From contig CADBUZ010000010.1 of assembly GCA_902797985.1 (NCBI GenBank), positions 6,755-70,754 of the forward strand: a stretch of DNA of 64,000 nt, in the 5' to 3' direction. Source of the stretch: an uncultured bacterium (GTDB taxonomy: Bacteria; Cyanobacteriota; Vampirovibrionia; Gastranaerophilales; Gastranaerophilaceae). Below the pieces are notes generated by a model. It saw nothing but the letters and a program-made list of their open reading frames with translations. It did not search any database and had not been told where the DNA came from. This document shows, one piece after another, positions 10,375-19,008 of this stretch (positions are counted from its first letter, which is position 1; each line of letters opens with the position of its first letter). Both the position numbers and the translations under genes were made by a program.

Positions 10375-11199
10375 CTTTGCAAGTTGTTTACCATCAACTA
10401 AAATAATGTTCGAATTTATATTATTGGCATATTCTCTAGCTTCATTGGTAAATGATGAAGTTGTAATAAATACTCCACGGTTTGCATTTTGTCCGTGTAC
10501 AGCACCAACAAATTTTTGGACTTCAGGACGTGATACGTTTTCCGCCCACCTTTTTGCTTGAATATAAATTTTGTCCAATCCTAAAACATCTTGCTTAATA
10601 ATCCCGTCGATTCCCTCATCACCGGATTTGCCTCGATTTTGTAATATATCTTTTTCTGAGCCACCATAACCCATTGCCAATAACAATTTCGCAACTAACT
10701 CTTCAAAGAAGGTTGGGGAATTGTCTGCAATCTTAGATAATAAATCCGCTTCTAAATGAGATGTCAATATCGCTCTTGCTTCTGCTATTAACTCATCTGG
10801 AGTTTTTTGTTCTTCAGCTGATTCATAAGAAGTTGTTTCACTTTGTTCAGTATTTACAGTATTTTGAAAATCTCTAAATTCATCATACTGAAGTAAGAAG
10901 TTTTTGGTTATTTTATCGGGATTTGTTTTTATTAAATCAATACCTCGCTGAGTAATTTTTATTACACCTCTTGCTGGGTAATCAAGCAAACACGCTTTTT
11001 TAAGATATGTTCTTGCCCACATAGCACGATTATAATATGTTGCTTGCGTTTGGCTTGGTAATTTTTCTTGCTTATCTTCTTCTGACAAACCAAGCATGTC
11101 AGCAGCTTGTTCGACAATATCTCTGCTTTTGTGTTCGTAATTATCTGCTATGAGTTTAAGTGTTGGTAACATAAAATCTTGATAACTTGGTACTGTCAT
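10246..11199 (-). CDS. mrr: Mrr-family type IV restriction endonuclease (Mrr_N winged helix + Mrr_cat)
   Basis: The N-terminus SYQDFMLPTLKLI...IVEQAADMLGLSEED is typical of Mrr_N. The catalytic block GDEGIDGIIKQDVLGLDKIYIQAKRW...TTSSFT is typical of PD-(D/E)xK Mrr_cat. Confidence 0.8.
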   Translation of the reverse strand: MTVPSYQDFMLPTLKLIADNYEHKSRDIVEQAADMLGLSEEDKQEKLPSQTQATYYNRAMWARTYLKKACLLDYPARGVIKITQRGIDLIKTNPDKITKNFLLQYDEFRDFQNTVNTEQSETTSYESAEEQKTPDELIAEARAILTSHLEADLLSKIADNSPTFFEELVAKLLLAMGYGGSEKDILQNRGKSGDEGIDGIIKQDVLGLDKIYIQAKRWAENVSRPEVQKFVGAVHGQNANRGVFITTSSFTNEAREYANNINSNIILVDGKQLAKLMIEYNIGVQVKDTIQIKFYIPVTISKMIEIPMEFKIKIKLQ

Positions 11200-11247
11200 A
11201 CTCCACTCCTTTTTTATTAGTTTATCATAAAAAACTTACATTCGTTT

Positions 11248-12615
11248 ATGATATACTTGAACCAAAAGGAATGTTTAATGACATTAATAGATAAAGAACT
11301 TGAAGTCGTTAAAATTAGCGATTTAGAAAATATAAAAATACCTAATTATCAAAGACCTTATACTTGGGGAATTGATTCTGTTAATACGCTTTTCGATGAT
11401 ACTTATAAAGCTTATAAAAAACAACTGAATGAATATAGACTCGGTTCCGTTATTTTACACAAAGTTAATAATAGTTATTTTATAGTCGACGGACAACAAA
11501 GGCTAACAACTATTACGCTTTTATTATTTTGCTTAAATAAAAAATGCGGGACATCTGAGAATTTCTGTTTAATGAATTCTGAATATAGTTTTTTATCAAA
11601 CAATACTATATTAACAAATCATGTAATTTTACAGCAAAGAGTTAGTGACTTAGATATTGAAGAATGTAAGAACTATAGGAGCTATATATTATCTCATTGC
11701 ACCTTCGTTAAAATTGTTACTGATGATGAACAAGAAGCCTTTCAGTTCTTTGATTCTCAAAATTCAAGAGGCAAAGAATTAGCACCTCATGATTTATTAA
11801 AGTCATATCATTTAAGAGAAATGAATGATGTTGAAACCGTTAAAAAAGTAAATATAATCAATAAATGGGAAAATATTAATCAAGATGACTTGGAAGTACT
11901 TTTCGAAAATTATTTGTACCCTGTTACACAGTGGTACAGATGTAAAAACGGCCTTTATTATTCTTCTAAAAAGATAGGGCAATTTAAAGGTATTACTAAG
12001 AATAATAACTATAACTATGCTGTTTACCATAAATCAAGTAATCTTTTTGTCGAACAATTTAATCAATCAGGGAATCACGAACTTTTAAATACAACAATGT
12101 TAAATCAATTTCAATTAACTCAACCAATTATTGCAGGAAGTCGGTTCTTTGAATATAGTCTACATTATAAAAATTTATTAGATGCCATTCGTTATAAATT
12201 AGAAATTTATCATAACAATGATGACGAGATACCAAATACAAGATCTGGAGATATTTACATAAAACAGCTATATGAATGTGTACTTTTATTTTTTGCTGAT
12301 AAATTCGGAATAGAATCTATTAATGATTCCGTTTTTCGTATAATTTATACTTGGAGCTATTTATTAAGATTAAAAATGAGTGCCGTTTATCAACAAACAA
12401 TCAATAAGTATGCATGTGGAGATCATAAAGATAGAACAAATATTAATATTCCAATTTTTGCATACATAAATGATTGCGTAAATCCCGAAGACTTAAATAT
12501 GCTCATTATTCCGAAACCTAGCGAAAACGAAATCCCTGCAGAAAATAAAGACAAATACAATGTAATATACCAAAAATTATTTGAAGATAACGGATGGCAA
12601 GAAGATGACAAATAA
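11248..12615 (+). CDS. DUF262 (ParB-like NTPase, GmrS-type) protein without a DUF1524 nuclease domain
   Basis: Motifs IPNYQRPYTW, DGQQRLTT and FDSQNSRGKELAPHDLLKS. No HNH/DUF1524-like C-terminus is seen. The true start may be the ATG at 11278, which has an AGGA RBS. Confidence 0.7.
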   Translation: MIYLNQKECLMTLIDKELEVVKISDLENIKIPNYQRPYTWGIDSVNTLFDDTYKAYKKQLNEYRLGSVILHKVNNSYFIVDGQQRLTTITLLLFCLNKKCGTSENFCLMNSEYSFLSNNTILTNHVILQQRVSDLDIEECKNYRSYILSHCTFVKIVTDDEQEAFQFFDSQNSRGKELAPHDLLKSYHLREMNDVETVKKVNIINKWENINQDDLEVLFENYLYPVTQWYRCKNGLYYSSKKIGQFKGITKNNNYNYAVYHKSSNLFVEQFNQSGNHELLNTTMLNQFQLTQPIIAGSRFFEYSLHYKNLLDAIRYKLEIYHNNDDEIPNTRSGDIYIKQLYECVLLFFADKFGIESINDSVFRIIYTWSYLLRLKMSAVYQQTINKYACGDHKDRTNINIPIFAYINDCVNPEDLNMLIIPKPSENEIPAENKDKYNVIYQKLFEDNGWQEDDK

Positions 12616-14386
12616 TCAAACAAAACCAACCCAAATAGCAATATCTGATATTTTTAAAGATGTTGAATATATTGTTCCAATATATCAAAGAAACTATGCA
12701 TGGAAAGCAAAACAAATAGAGCAATTGATTGAAGATATAAATAGTGCTAAAGACAACTATTATCTTGGTACTTTAATAGTGAATCAAAAAGAACAGAGCG
12801 TTTACGAAGTGATTGATGGCCAACAAAGATTAACAACTCTCTACTTATTAAAATTGTATTTATTAAACAATTCAAATAAGGAAGTCCATATTTATAACAA
12901 AACCCCACTACAATTTGAAGCAAGAGAAAAATATCATAATACATTATTAAATCTAAAAAAAGGTAATAGGATTGATGAAGAATTTGGTGCTACCGAATTA
13001 TATGATGGATACTTTGATATAAAAAAATATTTTAAAAATAACTCTAACAAAATAGATGAAACAAAATTTATAGAAAAACTAAAAAAAGTTTTTATAGTCA
13101 GAGTTCAGGTGCCTAAAGATATTGATTTAAACCACTATTTTGAAATAATGAATACTCGTGGAGAGCAATTAGAACTTCATCAAATTGTAAAAGCAAAAAT
13201 CCTTGCGCAATTAGATGATAACAAAGATAAACGAGTTGCGGCATATATATGGGATAGTTGTGCAAATATGGATTCATACGTACAAATGAGTTTTGATAAA
13301 GCAACTCGCAATAAATTATTTAGTGATAATTGGTCTAAATTAAAAGAAAACATTAAAGATTGGGAAACATTAAAAGAATATTTTTCCTATCAGATTTCAG
13401 AAGAAAAAAATCCAACGCTTCGGGAAATACTTGAGAAAACTACTGAATATAAAATAGAATCTAATATAAATAATGAAGATGTTGACAATGAACGCTTTGA
13501 ATCTGTAATATCCTTTCCAAATTTTATTTTACAAGTCAATGCCGTAATTTTTAATGATGAAGACGATACATCTTTAGATGATAAAAATTTTATACAAGTA
13601 TTAAAAAACAATTGGGAAAGTGCAGATGCAGCAAAATTATTTATTATAAAAATATTGGAATGTCGTGTTTTATTTGATAAATATATTTTGAAACGAGAAT
13701 ATGCAAAGGACTATCAAAAGACAGGTAAATGGTCACTACAAAAGTTGGAAAAGTATAAAGACATTCAAAGAAATAATGCCGAAAAGCCTTTATATAAGGT
13801 TACTGATGTCGAAAACGCTGATACTTTACGTACACTAGAATCGGCATTACGTATTACATACACATCTCCTAAAACAATGCATTGGATTACACTTGTTCTC
13901 AAAAAACTATTAGAAGATGAAAATATAAATTTAGTTGATTTGCTTGAACAGTATTGCCTGCGAAAAATTGATGAAGCTGATTATAAAAACAAAAATGGTT
14001 TTAATATAGAAAGAATTGTTTTTTCATATTTAGATTATTTACTATATAGAGATAATTATAAAGGTATTACAAAAAATGATTGGGAGTTTCAATTTAGAAA
14101 CTCTATTGAACACTTTTATCCGCAACATCCGGATAACGAAGAAAACTGGAATAAGAATGATTTGGATGGATTCGGCAATTTAGCATTAATAACTGTATCA
14201 GGGAATTCAAAGTTTTCTAATATGCCCCCAAGTGCAAAAATTGATTATAAGGAAATAATAAAACAAAGTTTAAAATTACAAATTATGATGAATATTACCA
14301 AAAATAATAATAAAATCTGGACTCCTGAACTTGCAGAAGAGCATAAAAAAGAAATGATAAAAATTCTTGATAATAATGGTATTTAA
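12605..14386 (+). CDS. GmrSD-family type IV restriction enzyme (DUF262 + DUF1524 HNH-like nuclease)
   Basis: N-terminal motifs VPIYQRNYAW, DGQQRLTT and FEIMNTRGEQLELHQIVK. C-terminal IEHFYPQH...GNLALITVSGNSKFSN is DUF1524-like. The ATG at 12605 overlaps the upstream gene by 11 nt. Confidence 0.75.
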   Translation: MTNNQTKPTQIAISDIFKDVEYIVPIYQRNYAWKAKQIEQLIEDINSAKDNYYLGTLIVNQKEQSVYEVIDGQQRLTTLYLLKLYLLNNSNKEVHIYNKTPLQFEAREKYHNTLLNLKKGNRIDEEFGATELYDGYFDIKKYFKNNSNKIDETKFIEKLKKVFIVRVQVPKDIDLNHYFEIMNTRGEQLELHQIVKAKILAQLDDNKDKRVAAYIWDSCANMDSYVQMSFDKATRNKLFSDNWSKLKENIKDWETLKEYFSYQISEEKNPTLREILEKTTEYKIESNINNEDVDNERFESVISFPNFILQVNAVIFNDEDDTSLDDKNFIQVLKNNWESADAAKLFIIKILECRVLFDKYILKREYAKDYQKTGKWSLQKLEKYKDIQRNNAEKPLYKVTDVENADTLRTLESALRITYTSPKTMHWITLVLKKLLEDENINLVDLLEQYCLRKIDEADYKNKNGFNIERIVFSYLDYLLYRDNYKGITKNDWEFQFRNSIEHFYPQHPDNEENWNKNDLDGFGNLALITVSGNSKFSNMPPSAKIDYKEIIKQSLKLQIMMNITKNNNKIWTPELAEEHKKEMIKILDNNGI

Positions 14387-14502
14387 GAATAAAACTTTGC
14401 CATTTCATATGTTAAATATGTATTGTAATAAAATATTACACAATAAGCCTGTAGTATACGCTTTTGCTTTATTTTAATATTAAAAACATTAAATTTTAAT
14501 TT

Positions 14503-15222
14503 CTATGCGAATTTATATTGATTCTTTTTATTACGTTTTATACACAAGGGCTTTAATTTTTCATCATTGTTTAGAAAATTAGAAACATAATTATAACGAT
14601 TTTCAACTAAAATGCTAGCATGGCAAGGTTTATTATTGCTTGTCTTTCGATATGCATATATTTCAATTTTATTGTTGTAAAATACATCTAGGTATTTTTG
14701 CATGTTTGTTACTTTTTTATTGCTTCCGCCCCATGCAATTAAAAGGGTTGAATTTTCTTTATTTTTTAAAACATAATCTTTTATAAATTCAGTATTTATA
14801 TTAGCAATATTTTCATCAATACTTATATTTTGTGAATTACTGTCGCCATCAATACGTGGATATGAGTTTAATACAGTAATCTTGTTATATTTTAATTTAT
14901 AAGCAACCCTAATTATGTTTTTAATAGTATAGTCAAATACTTTTGATTTATCGGTACTTGCAAAAGTATTTGAGGGGTTCATTAATATAGCAACAAACTC
15001 TTTTCCATTTTTAAATTTTGTATTTTTTATTTCTATATTTAAATAGTATCTGTAATCTTGTTTTTGAGGGTTAGGTGAGCTATAATACCCATAACCTGAC
15101 ACATCTAAAATAATATCTTTTAATTTTGTACAGTTCGGTAATTTGTAATTTACTGTTCCCTCAAGATTAATTTTAAATATTTCACCAAGTTTATCAATAA
15201 TTTGCTTAATACAGTATCTCAT
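14503..15222 (-). CDS. DUF1643-family protein with about 70-aa N-terminal extension
   Basis: YRYYLNIE...FVAILMNPSNTFAS...DYTIKNIIRVAYKLKYNKITVLNSYP matches the DUF1643 pattern RY.L.R.W...MLNPS.A....D.T......A...G......NL. Confidence 0.55.
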   Translation of the reverse strand: MRYCIKQIIDKLGEIFKINLEGTVNYKLPNCTKLKDIILDVSGYGYYSSPNPQKQDYRYYLNIEIKNTKFKNGKEFVAILMNPSNTFASTDKSKVFDYTIKNIIRVAYKLKYNKITVLNSYPRIDGDSNSQNISIDENIANINTEFIKDYVLKNKENSTLLIAWGGSNKKVTNMQKYLDVFYNNKIEIYAYRKTSNNKPCHASILVENRYNYVSNFLNNDEKLKPLCIKRNKKNQYKFA

Positions 15223-15279
15223 GCCATAGATTTTATCATAAAAGTAGAATGGGATAATTTATAAAATCTATTTTGGAAA

Positions 15280-15687
15280 TTATTCATACTCAATTCCGAA
15301 TAATTCTTTTTCAATTTGTTTGAAATGTTCCGGAGATAGAGTTTTTTGGGGTTGATTTTGTTTTGGCTCGATAATTTGTCGTTTGACCTGCGGCAGATTT
15401 TTTAAGATATGCATCAGCGAATACATTTCTGCCTGTGGAGTTTGTTGATTATTATCGATGTCGTTTGAAATTTTATCCATAATTTTTTGAGCAAAGTTCA
15501 GTAGTTCTCGGTTAAAAAGCTCTTGCTCTCTGCCTTTTTCTAACCTCTTTTTATCCCAATCATATTCTTTCTTCCAATAAAATAAAGTCCTGCGCGATAG
15601 GTCAAGTTTTGCACCAATCACATCAAGCGGTTGTTTTTCATAAACATACAAATGCTCTGCTTGTTTTAATTTATCTAATTTAGTCAT
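15280..15687 (-). CDS. Small HTH DNA-binding protein (Terminase_5/gpP-like HTH), last gene of the transposition operon
   Basis: AEHLYVYEKQPLDVIGAKLDLSRRTLFYWKKEYDWDKKR resembles the Terminase_5-type HTH. Only 2 nt separate it from the upstream gene. Confidence 0.45.
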   Translation of the reverse strand: MTKLDKLKQAEHLYVYEKQPLDVIGAKLDLSRRTLFYWKKEYDWDKKRLEKGREQELFNRELLNFAQKIMDKISNDIDNNQQTPQAEMYSLMHILKNLPQVKRQIIEPKQNQPQKTLSPEHFKQIEKELFGIEYE

Positions 15688-15689
15688 TT

Positions 15690-16244
15690 TTATACCTCAA
15701 ATATTATTCTGTCTATTGTAAAATTTGTTTTATCGGATAATCTTCGCACCTGAAAATTACAAGTTCTATCAATTATTCCGAGATTTTGAAAATATTTAAT
15801 CATCTGATTTAAAAGCGCTAATGTGTTTTTCAATACTTTTGGCGGTAAGTTTCTGCCTTTGCAAAAATAGTAAAACTTTTGGATATCCTCGCAAGTAATA
15901 TCATTTAAGTTTTTATTTCTGAAAAATGGGGAAATGTGATGCTTTAAAATTCCACAATATTTTCTAAAAGTATTATATTTACAATTATTTTTAACATAAT
16001 TCTCTAAAAAATATTCAATTGCAGCATTAATTGTAATAACCTGATAATTTGTCGTTTGTTTTGTGCAAATGATAAATTCTTGCTTAGGCTTTTCTTCCTG
16101 ATATTTATACATACCTTGTTCAAATACCAATTTATTCCCGTTCAAAAGCTGTTCAAGCTCTGTTTTACAATTGCATTCTGCAATAATTTCAATTTCATCA
16201 AGTGTAAATTCTTTTAAATGTCGCGCTAATTTTTCTATGTTCAT
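15690..16244 (-). CDS. Stand-alone tyrosine-recombinase core-binding (SAM-like) domain protein, no catalytic domain
   Basis: AIEYFLENYVKNNCKYNTFRKYCGILKHHISPFFRNKNLNDITCEDIQKFYYF...LALLNQMIKYFQNLGII follows the Phage_int_SAM/CB domain pattern. The ORF ends after 184 aa. It overlaps the upstream ATPase gene by 4 nt. Confidence 0.5.
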   Translation of the reverse strand: MNIEKLARHLKEFTLDEIEIIAECNCKTELEQLLNGNKLVFEQGMYKYQEEKPKQEFIICTKQTTNYQVITINAAIEYFLENYVKNNCKYNTFRKYCGILKHHISPFFRNKNLNDITCEDIQKFYYFCKGRNLPPKVLKNTLALLNQMIKYFQNLGIIDRTCNFQVRRLSDKTNFTIDRIIFEV

Positions 16245-16846
16245 ATTATTTGATTTATTACCTCCATATTTATTTCTGCTAAATTATTGTCTTTGGCAAA
16301 CGTTTCCATTTTATTTATTAATTGAACAATTTGTCGAAATCTGTTGTATTTTGTGTGGATATATTCAATTGTTTCTGGAGTAAACGTAATTTCGGATAAT
16401 TGGTTAATTATTAGCCCTATATCATTTACCCCAAAAGTTTCAAATTTTAGAATCTCTGAAAATCTGTCATAGAGATGCTTGTATCTTTCAAGTTTTCTGT
16501 GTGCTAAACCCATGCCGATAAAAATTATTGGGCAGCCGGTTTCGTCGTGAATATCACGCAAAGTTTCAATGGTTTTATAGTTATTCATCAGATAATCAAT
16601 TTCATCAATAAAAATTACCTGCGGATTTTGTTTTAGCTTTTTAACCACAATATTAATAAGGTTTGATGCACGCAGATAAATCCCGTCATATTTACAAGCA
16701 AGCCACAAAGCTGTTTGTGATTTACCAAGTCCCGGCTCACCATAAACCAATCCCATTTTTGGAATATTTTTTGGTTTGTTTATTAAATTTTCAACAAGTC
16801 CGATAAAGTTTTTGACGTTAGTAGTTTTTACAAAAATCTTATTCAT
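16241..16846 (-). CDS. AAA+ transposition ATPase (TniB/TnsC/MuB-like), unusually short (201 aa)
   Basis: Walker A GEPGLGKSQ and Walker B VIFIDEIDYL. It overlaps the transposase gene by 8 nt. Confidence 0.7.
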   Translation of the reverse strand: MNKIFVKTTNVKNFIGLVENLINKPKNIPKMGLVYGEPGLGKSQTALWLACKYDGIYLRASNLINIVVKKLKQNPQVIFIDEIDYLMNNYKTIETLRDIHDETGCPIIFIGMGLAHRKLERYKHLYDRFSEILKFETFGVNDIGLIINQLSEITFTPETIEYIHTKYNRFRQIVQLINKMETFAKDNNLAEINMEVINQII

Positions 16847-18545
16847 ATAAAAGTCTATACTCCTTTGTATTTCTAAATTCCGTTATCCAAGAATTATTTG
16901 GATCATTCGCAACTAAATATTCATATTTTTCTGAATTATTTTTGAACATCTTTTGAACGCCATTTAAACGGGTATTAAACACTTCTTGAAGGGGTAAATC
17001 TGAAGATTGTGTTTCTATTTTTGTTTCTAAAAGTTTTATATCTTTCGTTTCCAGATATTTTTTAACAGATTCAACAGTTTTCTTTTTTAATTGTCTTTGT
17101 CTTACAATTTTTTGCTTGTAATCTTCGTAGTCTTTAACATCACCTAGTAATTTTGCCATCGGATGTGTTTCTGTTACACGTTCTGCGGTACACAGGTATT
17201 CGCCTTTTGGGGTGTAAACTTTAATACTAGTGAGGTCAAAAAGATTATATTTTATCAAGACTTTACTTTTAAAGCCGTACAACCTTTCATCAAAATAATC
17301 ACAGTTTAAAAACCTAATACCATTTCGCTGAATTGTTTTAACTTCGGTTGCGAGCATCAAATCGTCAAGATTGTTAATATCAATATTTTGTCTTTTTCGT
17401 TCTTCTAAAACTTCCGCAATAGTTTTATCCGGAGCATTCGGGCAGGGCTGTGAATTTTTGAAACTCAGCCACATATCTATCATTTTTATTGTTTCTTCTA
17501 TAGTAGGAATAAAATCATTGTGTAGGCTTTTATGGAATTTTTCATTCCGCATCATATAAGCAGGTTTATTTTGAATACTGCTTCCGATATAACTTGGAAG
17601 TAATTTTTCAAAACTTTCCTGAAATTCTTTGAAAAATCTTTCAATTACTTTAGCTCTTGCGTTGTATGGTCTTGCAAAAACTGTTTCAATTCCTAACTTT
17701 GAATACAACCCCTGAAATCCAAGTTCCGTGAATCCCTTATCATCAGTAAAATATTTTGCTCTAAATGCTTTGCCGTTGTCCTGATACACAACTTTCGGTA
17801 TCATATCAAGATTGATTATTGCGTTTCTGAGGGCAGATGCTATACACTGCGTATTTTCTTCAATCATAATTTCATAGCCGACTAACGCTGTTGATTTCCA
17901 ATCCAAAAATCCAACAAGAGTTGCTCTGCATGGTTTACCTGTAAACGGATTAATCACCTGAAACGCTAGTTTATGCCCGTCTGCTACTAAAATATCCCCG
18001 ACTTCAAGTAAACTTGCATCTCGTTTTATATATGGTTCGACTTTATCAGATAGTGCTTTTTCTCCGTCACGAGCAAGAATCCATTTATCATAATTGTTAT
18101 CTTTAAACCATTTTGCATATCTTCTAAAAGTAATATCTGCCGGAATAAAACTTTGTCCTTGTTCTTTTAATTTGTATTTAGTAAGTGCAATTGCTTTGCC
18201 TATCGAAAATCTATTTGGGTGCAAAAGCAATCCCATAAATATTTTTATTTCTTCTTCATTCAGTACAGTCCTATAATCGTTGACACTACTGTATTTGTAT
18301 TGAGGTAAAAGCTTTGTATAATCATCTTTTCCATTTAACATTGAGTACCAACGATGTAAACTGCCTCGGGATATTTTACCTAAAATTTCAAAAATATGAG
18401 AGTTTGATGTATTATGCAATTTTACAAAATCATAATCGGCTTGGAGTTTATTTTGAGATTTCTTTCTAAACTCAAGCCATTGATGAACGATATCAAGTCT
18501 TGCTAAAGCTATTTGTTTACATTTTTCGGGTGTGAAGTTTATCAT
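16839..18545 (-). CDS. DDE (rve) transposase of the TnsB/TniA/MuA family
   Basis: DDE residues lie in VADGHKLAF, VYQDNGKAF and AKVIERFF. The C-terminal IQRNGIRFLNCDYFDERLYGFKSKVLIKYNLFDLTSIKVY matches the Mu-transposase C-terminal domain pattern. Confidence 0.85.
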   Translation of the reverse strand: MINFTPEKCKQIALARLDIVHQWLEFRKKSQNKLQADYDFVKLHNTSNSHIFEILGKISRGSLHRWYSMLNGKDDYTKLLPQYKYSSVNDYRTVLNEEEIKIFMGLLLHPNRFSIGKAIALTKYKLKEQGQSFIPADITFRRYAKWFKDNNYDKWILARDGEKALSDKVEPYIKRDASLLEVGDILVADGHKLAFQVINPFTGKPCRATLVGFLDWKSTALVGYEIMIEENTQCIASALRNAIINLDMIPKVVYQDNGKAFRAKYFTDDKGFTELGFQGLYSKLGIETVFARPYNARAKVIERFFKEFQESFEKLLPSYIGSSIQNKPAYMMRNEKFHKSLHNDFIPTIEETIKMIDMWLSFKNSQPCPNAPDKTIAEVLEERKRQNIDINNLDDLMLATEVKTIQRNGIRFLNCDYFDERLYGFKSKVLIKYNLFDLTSIKVYTPKGEYLCTAERVTETHPMAKLLGDVKDYEDYKQKIVRQRQLKKKTVESVKKYLETKDIKLLETKIETQSSDLPLQEVFNTRLNGVQKMFKNNSEKYEYLVANDPNNSWITEFRNTKEYRLLYE

Positions 18546-18652
18546 AATGTATTACCTCACACACATTCATCACTCACCTTTCGGAATAAATCAAGTCCTA
18601 AATCTCAATCTCAGAGACATTTTGACACATATCAAAATGTGAGATAAATTAT

Positions 18653-18780
18653 TTTTGCACTTTATTGCACAAAATTGCACATGGTAAATATTCAAATATA
18701 TTAGCGGTTTTAAGCATATAATACACTTAAAAATACAAATATTGGTGCAAAATAGTGCAAAAATTGTGACAAAAGTGCAA
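18653..18780. repeat. Phased hexamer arrays (3x TTGCAC, then inverted 3x GTGCAA + 1x GTGACA), candidate transposase-binding sites of the element end
   Basis: TTGCAC lies at 18655, 18665 and 18675. GTGCAA lies at 18745, 18755 and 18775, and GTGACA at 18766. Spacing is about 10 bp within each array, and the arrays are inverted relative to each other. Confidence 0.6.
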
Positions 18781-18926
18781 AAATGGACCGGCAAATCTCT
18801 ACACTATAAATCTGCCTCTATTACCCTAAACATCGGCACTATTACGATAAAACTCCCATCACAACTGTCCTGAAAACCTATACTTGGTGGTTCTCGTCCT
18901 TACTAATTTATGTATATAATTAAAAA

Positions 18927-19008
18927 TGTCGAAGATGGGACTCGAACCCACAAGGTGTTAACCACACGAACCTGAATCGTGCGTGTCTACCAATTCCACC
19001 ACTCCGAC
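18927..19008 (-). tRNA. tRNA-Leu (anticodon CAG), class II with long variable arm, no encoded CCA
   Basis: Reverse complement: GTCGGAG TG GTGGAATTGGTAGACAC G CACGA TTCAGGT TCGTG TGGTTAACACCTT GTGGG TTCGAGT CCCAT CTTCGAC A. The cloverleaf folds by hand with a 7-bp acceptor stem (one G-U). U33 and G37 flank the CAG anticodon. Confidence 0.9.

Larger units (their letters stand above)
15280..18850 (-). mobile_element. Transposition module and tRNA-proximal end of a Tn7-like/Mu-like transposon (other end not in window)
   Basis: A four-gene coupled operon (transposase, ATPase, CB-domain protein, HTH) plus a repeat-rich end at 18653-18780. It sits about 150 bp from the 3' end of tRNA-Leu. The exact terminus is not resolved. 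Confidence 0.6.

Noticed and set aside
18591-18794. 67-aa minus-strand ORF in the tnsB-tRNA spacer
   Set aside because: It is built from the TTGCAC/GTGCAA repeat arrays (Cys/Phe/Ile-rich) with no RBS. It is better explained as non-coding transposon-end DNA.
15280-18850. Complete Mu-like prophage
   Set aside because: Only transposase, ATPase and two small DNA-binding-type genes are present. The adjacent 15 kb encode restriction and helicase genes, with no portal, capsid, tail or lysis genes. A prophage remnant cannot be fully excluded.
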